The notes: generated by a model not told the origin, from the letters alone. A stretch of DNA of 32,000 bases from Chamaesiphon minutus PCC 6605 (GCF_000317145.1 NC_019697.1:2606385-2638384), one strand, 5' to 3'; shown: positions 17,670-27,495, numbered from the stretch's first letter. Made by a program: numbers and translations.

Positions 17670-18614
17670 TTACCTTTCGACTAATTGAATCGATCGATTA
17701 TAAATATTAATCAGCAGTGAAATTGATAAACTCAAGATTAAGTAGGAAACCATGACGATCGCCATTACTTCGACGGCGCGCCCAGTTTGGTTGAAAGTAG
17801 TTGAAGAAATAGCATAGAGATCGGGATAACCGATCGCCACTGCGAGACTAGAGTTTTTGGCTAGGTTTAAATATTGATTGGCTAACGGCGGTAAAATCGC
17901 CCGCAGAGCTTGAGGGAAGACGACCAACCATAATGTAGATAATGGTTTAAGTCCCAGCGATCGCGCTGCTTCTGTTTGTCCACGGGGTACCGACTGAATC
18001 CCACCGCGAATGATTTCGGCAATGAAAGTCCCCGTATAGAGACTCAATCCTGCTAACAAGGAGGCAAACTCTGAGGACATCTGGAGTCCCCAACCCATCA
18101 CCCCACTGCTACTCAGCGTCCAGCCCAGTATTTGCAGTGGATTTGCCGCATTGGGTAGAGTCAAAAACACTGCAAAGTACCAGAAAAAGAGTTGCAACAG
18201 CAGCGGCGTATTGCGGAGCGTTTCCACATAGATCTGGGCGATCGTCCGCACCAACCAATTAGTTGACAACCGCGCCATTCCAGCAGTTATGCCGATCGCC
18301 GTCGCCAATACCAAAGCCAGTCCAATTACTCGCAGCGAATTTATCACGCCAACGAATAAAGCGCGAAGATAGGAATCAGCCGGAGTATAAGGCAAAATCG
18401 TATCGCTAATCGTAAAACCTGCCTGAGAGCCAAGAAAATCAAAACCCAGCCGAATCCCAATTTGCTCCAGATTGAACAGCAAATTATCCCCTAACACTCC
18501 CAACGCGATCGCAATCCCCAACGCTGCGCCAAATTGTCCCGCGCTCTGCCAAAATCGCCGACTCCGCCACACCGGAATCGAACCATCTAATCTTCCCTTC
18601 ACTCGATCGCGCAT
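17670..18614 (-). CDS. natG: Amino-acid ABC transporter permease (NatG/BztB-like)
   Basis: 314 aa. GVINSLRVIGLALVLATAIGITAGMARLSTNWLVRTIAQIYVETLRNTPLLLQLFFWYFAVFLTLP, RGGIQSVPRGQTEAARSLGLKPLSTLWLVVFPQALRAILPPLANQYLNLAKNSSLAVAIGYPDLYA. Confidence 0.85.
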   Translation of the reverse strand: MRDRVKGRLDGSIPVWRSRRFWQSAGQFGAALGIAIALGVLGDNLLFNLEQIGIRLGFDFLGSQAGFTISDTILPYTPADSYLRALFVGVINSLRVIGLALVLATAIGITAGMARLSTNWLVRTIAQIYVETLRNTPLLLQLFFWYFAVFLTLPNAANPLQILGWTLSSSGVMGWGLQMSSEFASLLAGLSLYTGTFIAEIIRGGIQSVPRGQTEAARSLGLKPLSTLWLVVFPQALRAILPPLANQYLNLAKNSSLAVAIGYPDLYAISSTTFNQTGRAVEVMAIVMVSYLILSLSISLLINIYNRSIQLVER

Positions 18615-18724
18615 AGCTCCCTTTTCCTTGGCGTTAAATAATTCCCCCGACTTTAACCAGCCAACTTTATATGTTTGCCGGGAAATGGGATTGTGATGCC
18701 GTATTAAGCAATAGATATCCGAGC

Positions 18725-19594
18725 TTATAACACTGCCATATCTTTAAAGCAACGACGTGTTAACTCCATCCGAAGGGCTGGATCTTTCTCATTCCGAATA
18801 TCGATATTAGTGGCAAAGAAGTAAGTCTTATTTCCTTTCTCCAAATAACCGATATACCATCCAATATTTTGTGTCACTTTACTTCCAAAACCATACCATC
18901 CGGTCTTGCCTCCGATCGTGTATTGTGGAGTTCTTTCATTAATCATTATATCCTTAACGATAGACAGTGACTGCTCAGAAAATGGTAAATCGTTATTATA
19001 GAGACGGCGGAGAAATTGAATTTGCTGTTGAGGGGTAATTTTTAGTAATCCATTTAACCAAAATCGATCGATATCCTCCTTCCTCCCAATATTTTGGTTT
19101 CCATATTTTATCTGAGTTACCCATTGTTGCATTCGCTCATATCCGACTCGACGGGCTAGAACCTGGTAAAACCAGACTGCGGAAATTTTGAATGCTTCTC
19201 TCATATTCAAGTCTCGATTCCATCCAGGAAGCTCTCTTTGAATTCCATCCCACGTAAGCACAGCAATTTCATTGGTAATGACCTTTGTTTCCAATGAAAT
19301 TAGAGAGTTGAGAATTTTGAATGTTGATGCAGCGGGGAAAGCGGTTTTATTCCGTTGTGGATTGTGTTGAAGAACAAGATTATTGTTCGAGTCATAAATC
19401 AGAATTGAACCTTTAACTCCGAGATCTCGAAAGTGTCTTGAAAAGTTAATATTACGATCGATGCTTACGCGAGCGGGCGGTTCAAAGGCTAATTTTTGGA
19501 TTGTCGCATTGGATTGCTGGGCTTGAAATAGAATGGAAACAATGCAGCAGAATGTAACAAAAACAATTATTGCAAACCGGACAATACGATTCAT
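18725..19594 (-). CDS. Class D (OXA-like) beta-lactamase / penicillin-recognising enzyme
   Basis: 289 aa with signal peptide. Active-site S-x-x-K in FPAASTFKILNSLISLE, YGN in WVTQIKYGNQNIG, KTG in YTIGGKTGWYG. Confidence 0.85.
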   Translation of the reverse strand: MNRIVRFAIIVFVTFCCIVSILFQAQQSNATIQKLAFEPPARVSIDRNINFSRHFRDLGVKGSILIYDSNNNLVLQHNPQRNKTAFPAASTFKILNSLISLETKVITNEIAVLTWDGIQRELPGWNRDLNMREAFKISAVWFYQVLARRVGYERMQQWVTQIKYGNQNIGRKEDIDRFWLNGLLKITPQQQIQFLRRLYNNDLPFSEQSLSIVKDIMINERTPQYTIGGKTGWYGFGSKVTQNIGWYIGYLEKGNKTYFFATNIDIRNEKDPALRMELTRRCFKDMAVL

Positions 19595-19691
19595 AAGCTT
19601 TCACAGGGCAGGAAGATGTTGAAATAGTTTGATTTCGCAATCGCTGCACGAGCAATCTCGAATTCTCACCAGATGGAACGCAGCCGCATAA

Positions 19692-20759
19692 CTACCTAAA
19701 CGGCGGCGAATATAGCAACCCACCCTGATTCCACAATTGATTTTGACCCCTCGGCAACTTCAGCAGCGTTTGCTCCCCCAGGTTGCGATCGTAGATTTCG
19801 CCATAATTACCGACATGCCTAATAATCCGCAGCGCAAAGTCATTTGGTAATCCCATCCCCTTTCCCAAATCCCCTTCCAAGCCCAACAGCCGCCGCACAG
19901 TTGGATCTGGATTAGTACTCTGCTGTGTCACCGTTTGGGCAGTCAGCTTCATCTCTTCCGCCTCAATCAGGGCGTAAATCGTCCAGCGCACCACATCACC
20001 CCAGCTCGAATCGCCACTGGCGATCGCGGGAGCAAGCGGCTCCTTCGATAAGACTTCCGGTAAAATAATATGATCGTCAGGTTTTGGTAAAGTACTGCGA
20101 CGGGAAACCAGTTGAGATCGATCGGCTGTCACCCCTTCACACCGCCCTTCGGAGTAAGTCGCAAAAGTCGTATTTACATCTTCAAACACCACAGGCGTAT
20201 AGGTTAGCCCCCGCTGACGCATTCGATCGGTCAAATTCTGCTCTGTAGTCGTACCCGTTTGAATACAAATTGCCTTGCCTTTGAGATCGGCTAAAGATTT
20301 AATGCCGCTAGCCTTTTTGACCATAATTCCCTGCCCATCGTAAAATACCGTCGGCGCAAACTCTAACCCCACAGAGGTATCGCGGCTCATGGTATAAGTC
20401 GTATTCCGACTGAGAATATCCACCTCCCCTGATTGCAGGGCAGTGAAACGTTCCTTGGCATTGAGATTACGAAATTCTACGGCTTGAGGATTATCAAAGA
20501 TCGCACTAGCCACCGCTCGACAAATATCGACATCGAGTCCCTGATACTTCCCATCTTTGCCCAAAAAGCTAAATCCTGGCAGTTCGCCACTGACCCCACA
20601 AACCAGTTTGCCCCTACTCAATACCGTCGCCAGTCGTCCCTTTGCTAAGGTTTCCGCTTGCCCAGGGGCTGTCGGCGGCTTAGAGGAAAGCCTAGCACAA
20701 GCAGTGGAAAACATGAATAAAAGGGCGATCGCGCCCCAGCTAAACATTTTTGGGTGCAT
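19692..20759 (-). CDS. natF: Amino-acid ABC transporter substrate-binding lipoprotein (NatF/BztA-like)
   Basis: 355 aa. Lipobox-like FMFSTACARL; GKLVCGVSGELPGFSFLGKDGKYQGLDVDICRAVASAIF, FTALQSGEVDILSRNTTYTMSRDTSVGLEFAPTVFYDGQG. Confidence 0.88.
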   Translation of the reverse strand: MHPKMFSWGAIALLFMFSTACARLSSKPPTAPGQAETLAKGRLATVLSRGKLVCGVSGELPGFSFLGKDGKYQGLDVDICRAVASAIFDNPQAVEFRNLNAKERFTALQSGEVDILSRNTTYTMSRDTSVGLEFAPTVFYDGQGIMVKKASGIKSLADLKGKAICIQTGTTTEQNLTDRMRQRGLTYTPVVFEDVNTTFATYSEGRCEGVTADRSQLVSRRSTLPKPDDHIILPEVLSKEPLAPAIASGDSSWGDVVRWTIYALIEAEEMKLTAQTVTQQSTNPDPTVRRLLGLEGDLGKGMGLPNDFALRIIRHVGNYGEIYDRNLGEQTLLKLPRGQNQLWNQGGLLYSPPFR

Positions 20760-21003
20760 ATAATGACTAATCAGGGATCGTCGGTCTAGATCTAAGAATA
20801 TATCCTAATCACCAAAAATCTAGGGTAGCAGTAACATTGTTCCTGACGAACATTTTGCGGTACCCATTGTGCTATTTAATTAGGTATAAATTTGTAGATC
20901 GATCGAGAACAAGAGTGCAACTTGCCGAAATTAAAAGTTTAGCTCGGTCGATATTTTATCAAGAATTATATTTATTTTCTAAATTGCTAGCAACTCGTAC
21001 ATT

Positions 21004-21828
21004 TTGACATACATGAACAGTCGCACACTTCAAGAATTTACTCCTGTCAAATTAGCCGATCGCCAAGCCCCAAAACTATCGGTTGAAAATCTTTCCAAAT
21101 CTTACCCCGTCCGAGGAGATCGACACTTAACAGTACTAGAAAATATCAATCTTGAAATTTTCCCCAGAGAATTTACTTGTCTGGTGGGAGCATCTGGTTG
21201 TGGCAAGTCAACTCTGCTCAATATTATCGCCGGACTCACCCCACCTTCTACCGGAAAGGTATTGGTAGACGGTCGCTCGGTCACAGGTAAACCAGGTTCC
21301 GATCGCGGGATGGTATTTCAAGGTTATACCCTTTATCCGTGGTTGACAGTCGCCCAAAATATCGCTTTTGGGTTGCAATTCCAGCACATGTCCAAATCAG
21401 AACAGCGGGACAAGGTTAGTTACTTCCTGAATGTGGTGGGGCTAGAAAAATTTGCCAATAGTTATCCCAAACAGTTATCGGGGGGAATGAAACAGCGGGT
21501 GGCGATCGCCAGAGCGTTAGCGAACGAACCTGCCGTGCTATTGATGGATGAGCCGTTTGGTGCCTTGGACGCTCAAACTAAAGAGCAAATGCAAGAATTT
21601 TTACTCGAACTGTGGTCGAAAACCCATGTCACGGTATTGATGATTACTCACGATGTCGAAGAGGCGATCTATCTGTCCCAGCGGATATATGTATTGAGTT
21701 GTCGTCCGGGTCGAGTTAAAAGTGAGATTACCATCGATCTACCCGAACATCGCGAACTCGATATTAAGCTCGCGCCTGAATTTGTCGCCATTAAGCGGCA
21801 GGTGCTTCAACTCATGCGCCAGGAGTAG
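21004..21828 (+). CDS. ABC transporter ATP-binding protein (NrtD/SsuB/TauB-type)
   Basis: 274 aa. Walker [84 protein letters not shown]. Confidence 0.88.
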   Translation: MTYMNSRTLQEFTPVKLADRQAPKLSVENLSKSYPVRGDRHLTVLENINLEIFPREFTCLVGASGCGKSTLLNIIAGLTPPSTGKVLVDGRSVTGKPGSDRGMVFQGYTLYPWLTVAQNIAFGLQFQHMSKSEQRDKVSYFLNVVGLEKFANSYPKQLSGGMKQRVAIARALANEPAVLLMDEPFGALDAQTKEQMQEFLLELWSKTHVTVLMITHDVEEAIYLSQRIYVLSCRPGRVKSEITIDLPEHRELDIKLAPEFVAIKRQVLQLMRQE

Positions 21829-21851
21829 GGAGATGGCAACCAAACAAGTCG

Positions 21852-21892
21852 GCGATTCTCGTTCCGAGAGGCTTTGCCAACGCTAGTTTGCC
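21852..21892 (-). repeat. Second copy of the small dispersed repeat, reverse orientation
   Basis: Reverse complement includes GCGTTGGCAAAGCCTCTCGGAACGAGAATCGCC, matching the recJ insert core GCGTTGGCGAAGCCTCTCCGAAGGAGA. Confidence 0.6.
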
Positions 21893-22086
21893 ACACAACT
21901 GTATTTTGGAGTATTCGGCAAGGATTTTCTAAGCCTTGAAAATTTCGATCGTTACCTTGGGCGTGGTGCGGTACAACATGATTAGGGTGGCTGATGCGGT
22001 CAAGTTCATTCCCACCGAGACGATCGATGTTGCCTATTTTTAATTCAAGTTCATTTATTTAATCGATCTATTACTTCTAAGTTTTC

Positions 22087-23106
22087 ATGTTCAAAATATC
22101 GGCTTGGTTTCGCTCTGTTTTATTAGTTCTGATTGCTTTCACATTGACTATTGCTTGTAGCCAAAAACCAAATCCTACTGCACCTGGAGCGAGTCCCGCA
22201 CCGACAACTGCATCCTCGCCCCTAGTCTCCGCAGCTTACAACTGGGTCGGTTATTCCAGTCATTATGTGGCCGTGAAACAGGAACTATTTGCAAAGGAAG
22301 GCTTGAATGTTCAGGACTTATTTTTTCAGAGTGCTAGTGAAGAAATTACTGCGGTACTAGCAGGTAAAGTGGATATCGCTTGGTTGACTTCGGGCGATGC
22401 CATTCAGACAGCGGCGAAGGATCCATCCCTTAAGATCGTCTATTTGGTCGATTATTCTAATGGTGCTGATGGGATCCTCGGTCGCAACATTGCCACCCCA
22501 AAGGATGCCAAAGGCAAAAATGCTGCCCGTGAAAATGTGCTGTTTGAGAAGGTGTTGCTCCAAGCCTATTTAAAACAGGGGGGCTTAACTGAAGCCGACT
22601 TGAAGATTAGGGATATGGAAGCTGGCGCAGCCGCTGCTGCTTTTGCCGCCAAGCAAGTCGATCTGGCGGTGACTTATGAGCCTTTCCTGACCAAAAATGC
22701 CAAGTTAGGCGGGGGTCAAATCATCTTTTCCAGCAAAGATACCAACCTAATTGCCGATGTAGTGGTAGTAAGAGACAAGCTCATCAAAACGCGATCGAAA
22801 GATCTCCAGGCTTATTTCCGCGCGGTGGATAAAGCAGTAAAATTAGTGATGGCTGGCGATCCAGCGGCTCTGAAAATTGCTGGTGACAAAATGGGCGTAA
22901 CTGCGGCGGAAGTCAAAGAACAGTTGTCTGGGGTTAAGTTGTTTGATGTAGCTGGCAACAAAGCGATCGCGTTCAACAAAGCCGATCCCAAGAGTTTGAT
23001 TGGGAATCTAGAACTAACAGCCAAGGCTGCTGAAGAGTTTAAGATTGTGACTCAACCAATCAAAGTCGAATCATTGTACGACGATTCGATCGTCAAATCA
23101 ATCTAG
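22087..23106 (+). CDS. ABC transporter substrate-binding lipoprotein (NMT1/SsuA-like)
   Basis: 339 aa. Lipobox-like LTFTLTIACSQ; WVGYSSHYVAVKQELFAKEGLNVQDLFFQSASEEITAVLAGKVDIAWLTSGD, AKQVDLAVTYEPFLTKNA. Confidence 0.82.
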   Translation: MFKISAWFRSVLLVLIAFTLTIACSQKPNPTAPGASPAPTTASSPLVSAAYNWVGYSSHYVAVKQELFAKEGLNVQDLFFQSASEEITAVLAGKVDIAWLTSGDAIQTAAKDPSLKIVYLVDYSNGADGILGRNIATPKDAKGKNAARENVLFEKVLLQAYLKQGGLTEADLKIRDMEAGAAAAAFAAKQVDLAVTYEPFLTKNAKLGGGQIIFSSKDTNLIADVVVVRDKLIKTRSKDLQAYFRAVDKAVKLVMAGDPAALKIAGDKMGVTAAEVKEQLSGVKLFDVAGNKAIAFNKADPKSLIGNLELTAKAAEEFKIVTQPIKVESLYDDSIVKSI

Positions 23107-23161
23107 TGTACGATTCAACGATCTAAACGACTTATTTGAATTGAGAATGGCAGGGTTAGTC

Positions 23162-23208
23162 AGCGACTAAAGTCGCTGCTAGTGTTGCTAAGTCCGCCTG
23201 CGCGGACT
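23162..23208. repeat. Tandem hairpins AGCGAC-TAAA-GTCGCT and AGTCCGC-CTGC-GCGGACT
   Basis: Two perfect stem-loops downstream of the substrate-binding gene, before the glutamine synthetase gene; repeat-like element or transcript-end structure. Confidence 0.6.
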
Positions 23209-23309
23209 AAAACTAGAAGCAATATTTGTCTGACCGAACCGTATTGGGGGTGGGCTATTTGCTACTGCCATTATTTTTATTAACCAACAACCTCAACCAG
23301 TGAAGATCG

Positions 23310-24671
23310 ATGTCTGAAACCTTACCGCCAGAAATTCAAGCTTTGCAAACATCCTTAGCATCCCAAGGCGTTAAGTATGCCTTGGCGAGCTTTGCGGATA
23401 TTCATGGGATGTGTAAAGCCAAATCCGTCCCGTTGGCTCATTTGGGACAGATGATGGCCGGATCTGAACTATTTACTGGCGCGGCTCTGGATGGAGTGCC
23501 GCAGGAGGTGAGCGATGATGAAGTCGCTGCCCATCCCGATCCAGATTCTGCCACAATTTTGCCCTGGAATCCGACAGTAGCCTGGTTTGCCAGTGATTTG
23601 TATCTGGGGGACAAGCCTTTTGCAGCTTGCAGTCGGGGCATTCTAAAACAGGTTTTAGCTGAAGCGGCGGCGATGGGCTTTACCTTGAATCTGGGGATTG
23701 AAACAGAATTTTTTATCTTAAAAGAAGCGGCAGATGGCAAAGTAACGGCTGTAAGCGATCGCGATATCCTGGCAAAACCTGCATACGATGTCCAGACATT
23801 ATTAGATAACTACGAGTGGGTTACTGAAATTGTCGAAGCCATGAACCAACTGGGCTGGGATGTGTATTCCTTCGACCATGAAGATGGCAATGGCCAGTTT
23901 GAGACAGATTTTGGTTATTGTGATGCGTTAAAAATGGCCGATCGATTGGTATTTTTTCGGTTAATGGCCAAGGAAATTGCCCGTAAGCACGGTTTCTTCG
24001 CAACGTTCATGCCGAAGCCGTTTGCTAACATGACGGGTAGTGGTGCCCATTTCAATATGTCTTTAGCAGATATCCAGACCGGAGAAAATCTGTTTTACGA
24101 TCCTAGCGATATCAGGGGATGTAAGCTCTCCACCCTAGGCTACCAGTTTATTGCTGGGGTATTAAAACACGCACCCGCGATCTGTGCGACGATCGCACCG
24201 ACGGTGAATAGTTATAAGCGGTTGATCGCCAGGGGCAGTATGTCAGGATTTACCTGGGCACCTGTTTATGTTTGCTACGGTAATAATAACCGCACCAACA
24301 TGTTGCGAATTCCAATGGCAGGGGGACGAGTCGAATGTCGAGCCGCAGACATTTCTTGTAATCCTTATTTGGGAGCGGCGATGATTTTGGCTGCCGGACT
24401 GGAAGGGATTCGGGAAGGACTCGATCCGGGCGAGCCACATACTGAAAATATGTACAACTATTCCATGGCAGAGTTGGCGGAGATGAAAATCTCGTTTCTG
24501 CCCCGAACCTTGGGTGAAGCGATCGCCGCTTTTGCAGCCGATCCACTCAGTGAAAAAGTAATGGGATCTTTGATGTACAAGAGTTATATAGATTTCAAAA
24601 CTCAGGAGTGGCAGGAATATCACAGTCATGTCTCAGATTGGGAAATTCAGCGTTATCTCAAGTTTTTTTGA
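23310..24671 (+). CDS. glnT: Glutamine synthetase family protein (GlnT/'type III' glutamate-ammonia ligase)
   Basis: 453 aa. YALASFADIHGMCKAKSVP, GIETEFFIL, NGQFETDFGYCDALKMADRLVFFRLMAKEIARKHGFFATFMPKPF, GSGAHFNMSL, NSYKRLI, NRTNMLRIPMAGGRVECRAADISCNPYL. Confidence 0.88.
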   Translation: MSETLPPEIQALQTSLASQGVKYALASFADIHGMCKAKSVPLAHLGQMMAGSELFTGAALDGVPQEVSDDEVAAHPDPDSATILPWNPTVAWFASDLYLGDKPFAACSRGILKQVLAEAAAMGFTLNLGIETEFFILKEAADGKVTAVSDRDILAKPAYDVQTLLDNYEWVTEIVEAMNQLGWDVYSFDHEDGNGQFETDFGYCDALKMADRLVFFRLMAKEIARKHGFFATFMPKPFANMTGSGAHFNMSLADIQTGENLFYDPSDIRGCKLSTLGYQFIAGVLKHAPAICATIAPTVNSYKRLIARGSMSGFTWAPVYVCYGNNNRTNMLRIPMAGGRVECRAADISCNPYLGAAMILAAGLEGIREGLDPGEPHTENMYNYSMAELAEMKISFLPRTLGEAIAAFAADPLSEKVMGSLMYKSYIDFKTQEWQEYHSHVSDWEIQRYLKFF

Positions 24672-24799
24672 TGTGTCGATCTGCACCAGCATCTACTGCG
24701 AGTAATCGATCGACCGTAGTCACCCAGCCAATCGCGCCATTCTCTGAGAGTAGGAGATCGATCGCTACTAGCTTTTCGATCGGAACTAATACCTATAAA

Positions 24800-25561
24800 T
24801 TACGTTGAGAACTGCTTACTAGTCAGTCGATGGTGGGACATCTGCGCAATATCGATCGCCGGAGTACCAGACCACATATCATCCAAAGAGAGAGATCGCG
24901 ATCGAGAGACAATCGCGTCGATCTCTTGAGCCATCTCGCTCAGAATCTGCTGTGCGCCCAAATGTCCCAGAACGCCCAAGCGGATTGCCGCACTGACAAT
25001 TCCCGTCACAAAATTGTGGAGGAACGCAAAACTCGTATCGATTTCACTCAGATGTATTGCACGCCCAACCATTGCAAACACGATCGGATGTAACCCAGGC
25101 GTTTTGTGGACATCAATATCCTCCTGTAAAGCTGCCAGTTGCGGATCGTTCCAAGTCGAGCGCGCTACCATTAATAACGCCTGTCCGCTACGTTGCTGAG
25201 CTTCACGAGTCGTCTGAATTAACATCTGAGCATACAAACATGCATCGGCTCGCCGTACTTCCGTTAGATCGTTGTTGGTGCTGGCGCGGTAGGCATGAAT
25301 GAGGGCGATTAAATCCGAACAACCCACTTTGTTGTGTAGCAACAAATAGAGAAATGTTTCTATATCCTGAGGATTATGAATCTGGTTAGTTTGCACCATT
25401 GCTTCCAAACCGTGGGAAAGTGTGAAGGAACCCGATGGGAAAAAAGAATCAGACAATTGCATCAGAGCCAGACGGGAATCAATCATAACCATCGATCGGG
25501 GATAATTAGTGATGAGCATGAGCCGAAAATTGAATCTGATTAGCGGCAGAGCGCACCTCAT
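24800..25561 (-). CDS. ureF: Urease accessory protein UreF
   Basis: 253 aa ORF. ALMQLSDSFFPSGSFTLSHGLEAMV, LGHLGAQQILSEM, PAIDIAQMSHHRLTSKQFST. The true start probably lies downstream of the ORF start; likely MVMIDSRLALMQLSD. Confidence 0.85.
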   Translation of the reverse strand: MRCALPLIRFNFRLMLITNYPRSMVMIDSRLALMQLSDSFFPSGSFTLSHGLEAMVQTNQIHNPQDIETFLYLLLHNKVGCSDLIALIHAYRASTNNDLTEVRRADACLYAQMLIQTTREAQQRSGQALLMVARSTWNDPQLAALQEDIDVHKTPGLHPIVFAMVGRAIHLSEIDTSFAFLHNFVTGIVSAAIRLGVLGHLGAQQILSEMAQEIDAIVSRSRSLSLDDMWSGTPAIDIAQMSHHRLTSKQFST

Positions 25562-26018
25562 AGTCGATACGTAAATTTGGAATGTTGACGTTTCGGACAG
25601 TGGCTTCCATGACGGCGCGATCGGCTACCATTTCTACATAAATGCGATCGCCTTGGACTAGAATCGGCCAGTGATGATTACCCAGGACATGTCCCAGATA
25701 GATGAGATCGATCGCATGTTTGGATATATCACCACTAACACTCAGCGTCATCACAGTTTGCTCAGTGAGATTGACTAACAGCAATTGTCCAGATTGCATT
25801 GCGAATAAATCCCCCGTACCGAGAGACTGCTCGCGGCTTTTGATGATACCTAGCTCGATACCCGTTGTCGAAAAAGCATGAATCCGCCCTTTGCTACTAT
25901 CTGCTGGTTGTAAATAGACCTCTAGCAATGTGCCTGATTGTTGCGCTTGCGATACTTGCTGCTGTAGAGATGGATCGATTGCTTGATTACCTAAGTAGGT
26001 TTCGGTTAGAACTGTCAT
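25506..26018 (-). CDS. ureE: Urease accessory protein UreE
   Basis: 170 aa. RIHAFSTTGIELGIIKSREQSLGTGDLFAMQSGQLLLVNL, IDLIYLGHVLGNHHWPILVQGDRIYVEMVADRAVMEATVRNVNIPNLRIDYEVR. Confidence 0.82.
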   Translation of the reverse strand: MTVLTETYLGNQAIDPSLQQQVSQAQQSGTLLEVYLQPADSSKGRIHAFSTTGIELGIIKSREQSLGTGDLFAMQSGQLLLVNLTEQTVMTLSVSGDISKHAIDLIYLGHVLGNHHWPILVQGDRIYVEMVADRAVMEATVRNVNIPNLRIDYEVRSAANQIQFSAHAHH

Positions 26019-26896
26019 TTGGGGATCTCCGGTAAGGGTGGTTGACCGTTGAGATGTCGCATTCTGGTCAAAGCATAGTTGATATAGGCTTTAAGGATCG
26101 GTACGTTTGATGACATCGCGCGCACTAGCAAGCCATTACAGTTAGGCAAAGACGAACAGGCGGCAGTTAACTCTGGATAATTTTGGACAAACCCTTCTAA
26201 ATCCTGTTCCAGAGATTGCAAATCTCCGGCTGGCATAACCACAATTATGCTGGCAAGAATTGGTTGAGATGTAAAAATTGGATTGTTAGTAAGACGTTCA
26301 GCTTTCCCTATCAACCGCATCGCATCGGTAAAGACTAAATCTCCGTCGGTAGTAGAAACTTTGAGGCGACTGAAGTACTGACTGAAATGGAAGTATTCTC
26401 CCCGTGCTAACCGACCAGGAATCATGATTTCACTCAGAAATAGGCTGGCATTGGGAGCGAGCGCTACTTGGATAGTCTGCTCTAAATTTGCATCGCGATA
26501 GAGAATAAGTGGTTCAGGGACAAACTCTAAACACGACCCTGTACCAATCTCCAAGTCATAACAGATCCGAGCCATCTGACCCAATGGCATCAGATGGACT
26601 TTTGAGGCTGACTGATCGGTGAGGTAGAGGCTCGTGCGATCTCCTAATTTCACCCCAATCTGAAAGCGATCGCCTGCCAACAGCCCAGGGGAGGAATTCA
26701 TAATGTATAGATAAGCGCGATGGGCATCGGTGGGGTCGAGCCTTAACGGTCGCGACAGCCGAAACGGATAGGTGGCATACTGACGATACACAAACGATCG
26801 CCCTAATCGATCGAGTCCCATCTCTAGAGTGAGTTGTTGCGGGGAAACTGGAGGATTTAGCGTAGTTAGAGGCGAAGAAATGAGTTCAGCTAACAT
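26015..26896 (-). CDS. ureD: Urease accessory protein UreD (UreH)
   Basis: 293 aa. YATYPFRLSRPLRLDPT, AYLYIMNSSPGLLAGDRFQIGVKLGDRTSLYLTDQSASKVHLM, YFHFSQYFSRLKVSTTDGDLVFTDAMRL. Confidence 0.88.
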   Translation of the reverse strand: MLAELISSPLTTLNPPVSPQQLTLEMGLDRLGRSFVYRQYATYPFRLSRPLRLDPTDAHRAYLYIMNSSPGLLAGDRFQIGVKLGDRTSLYLTDQSASKVHLMPLGQMARICYDLEIGTGSCLEFVPEPLILYRDANLEQTIQVALAPNASLFLSEIMIPGRLARGEYFHFSQYFSRLKVSTTDGDLVFTDAMRLIGKAERLTNNPIFTSQPILASIIVVMPAGDLQSLEQDLEGFVQNYPELTAACSSLPNCNGLLVRAMSSNVPILKAYINYALTRMRHLNGQPPLPEIPK

Positions 26897-27132
26897 ATCG
26901 ATCGCGTTTTCTCCATCATTTTACTTGTGTTGTCCAATCCTTCCTGACCATCTTCCCGCTCGATACTGCTTTTAATCTGTGTGGAGCGATGCCACTTTCT
27001 TAAAAGCTGCATGTACCCACCAAACTTTAAACCTTCTAACGAATGAATCGGGTTGACGATCGCGGGTTCAATTGCGCCTTGGTTTTGGTTGCTGCAAGAT
27101 CCAGGGGTGCTAATGTCTCCCGCCTTATTTCT

Positions 27133-27240
27133 GCAACTATCGTTTGCGAATCAGATTGCGACTGCTTGGGCGAGCGATTTGCTGATTAGTGCGAGTGTTT
27201 TCTTTATTTTTGCTGCGATTGTCCTACAGACACGCTACGC
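27133..27240 (+). pseudogene. Possible DUF2834-like small membrane protein remnant
   Basis: Within ORF 27053..27295: FLQLSFANQIATAWASDLLISASVFFIFAAIV resembles the second half of DUF2834 proteins. Confidence 0.35.
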
Positions 27241-27495
27241 GAACGGTGAAGCAGGAGTCATGTTTGATGAGGATTGCGTCTTTAACCTGCTCTAGCAGCT
27301 TCAGCAAGATGAGCAGCAATGCTTTTGGTTTGAGTCAACGATTAAGGTGAATTGTTGTTTCTTTCTGGATGATGAGGAATTCGTGTTCATCGGGGATGGC
27401 ACAACAGTCAAAGTCAGCGATCGTTAATCCCAAACGGGTATGACCCACGCGGGATCTGTTAAATTGAAAGTACTGACATGCACTGATGTGAAACT

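Noticed and set aside
20870-21003. Guanidine-I (ykkC) or other riboswitch leader upstream of the ABC ATPase
   Set aside because: No recognisable conserved ykkC blocks; an AT-rich leader only. Needs an Infernal scan.
21829-22086. Possible remnant of the missing ABC permease between the ATPase and SBP genes
   Set aside because: One frame reads LKISIVTLGVVRYNMIRVADAVKFIPTETIDVAYF but shows no convincing permease motif (no EAA loop); too weak to call.
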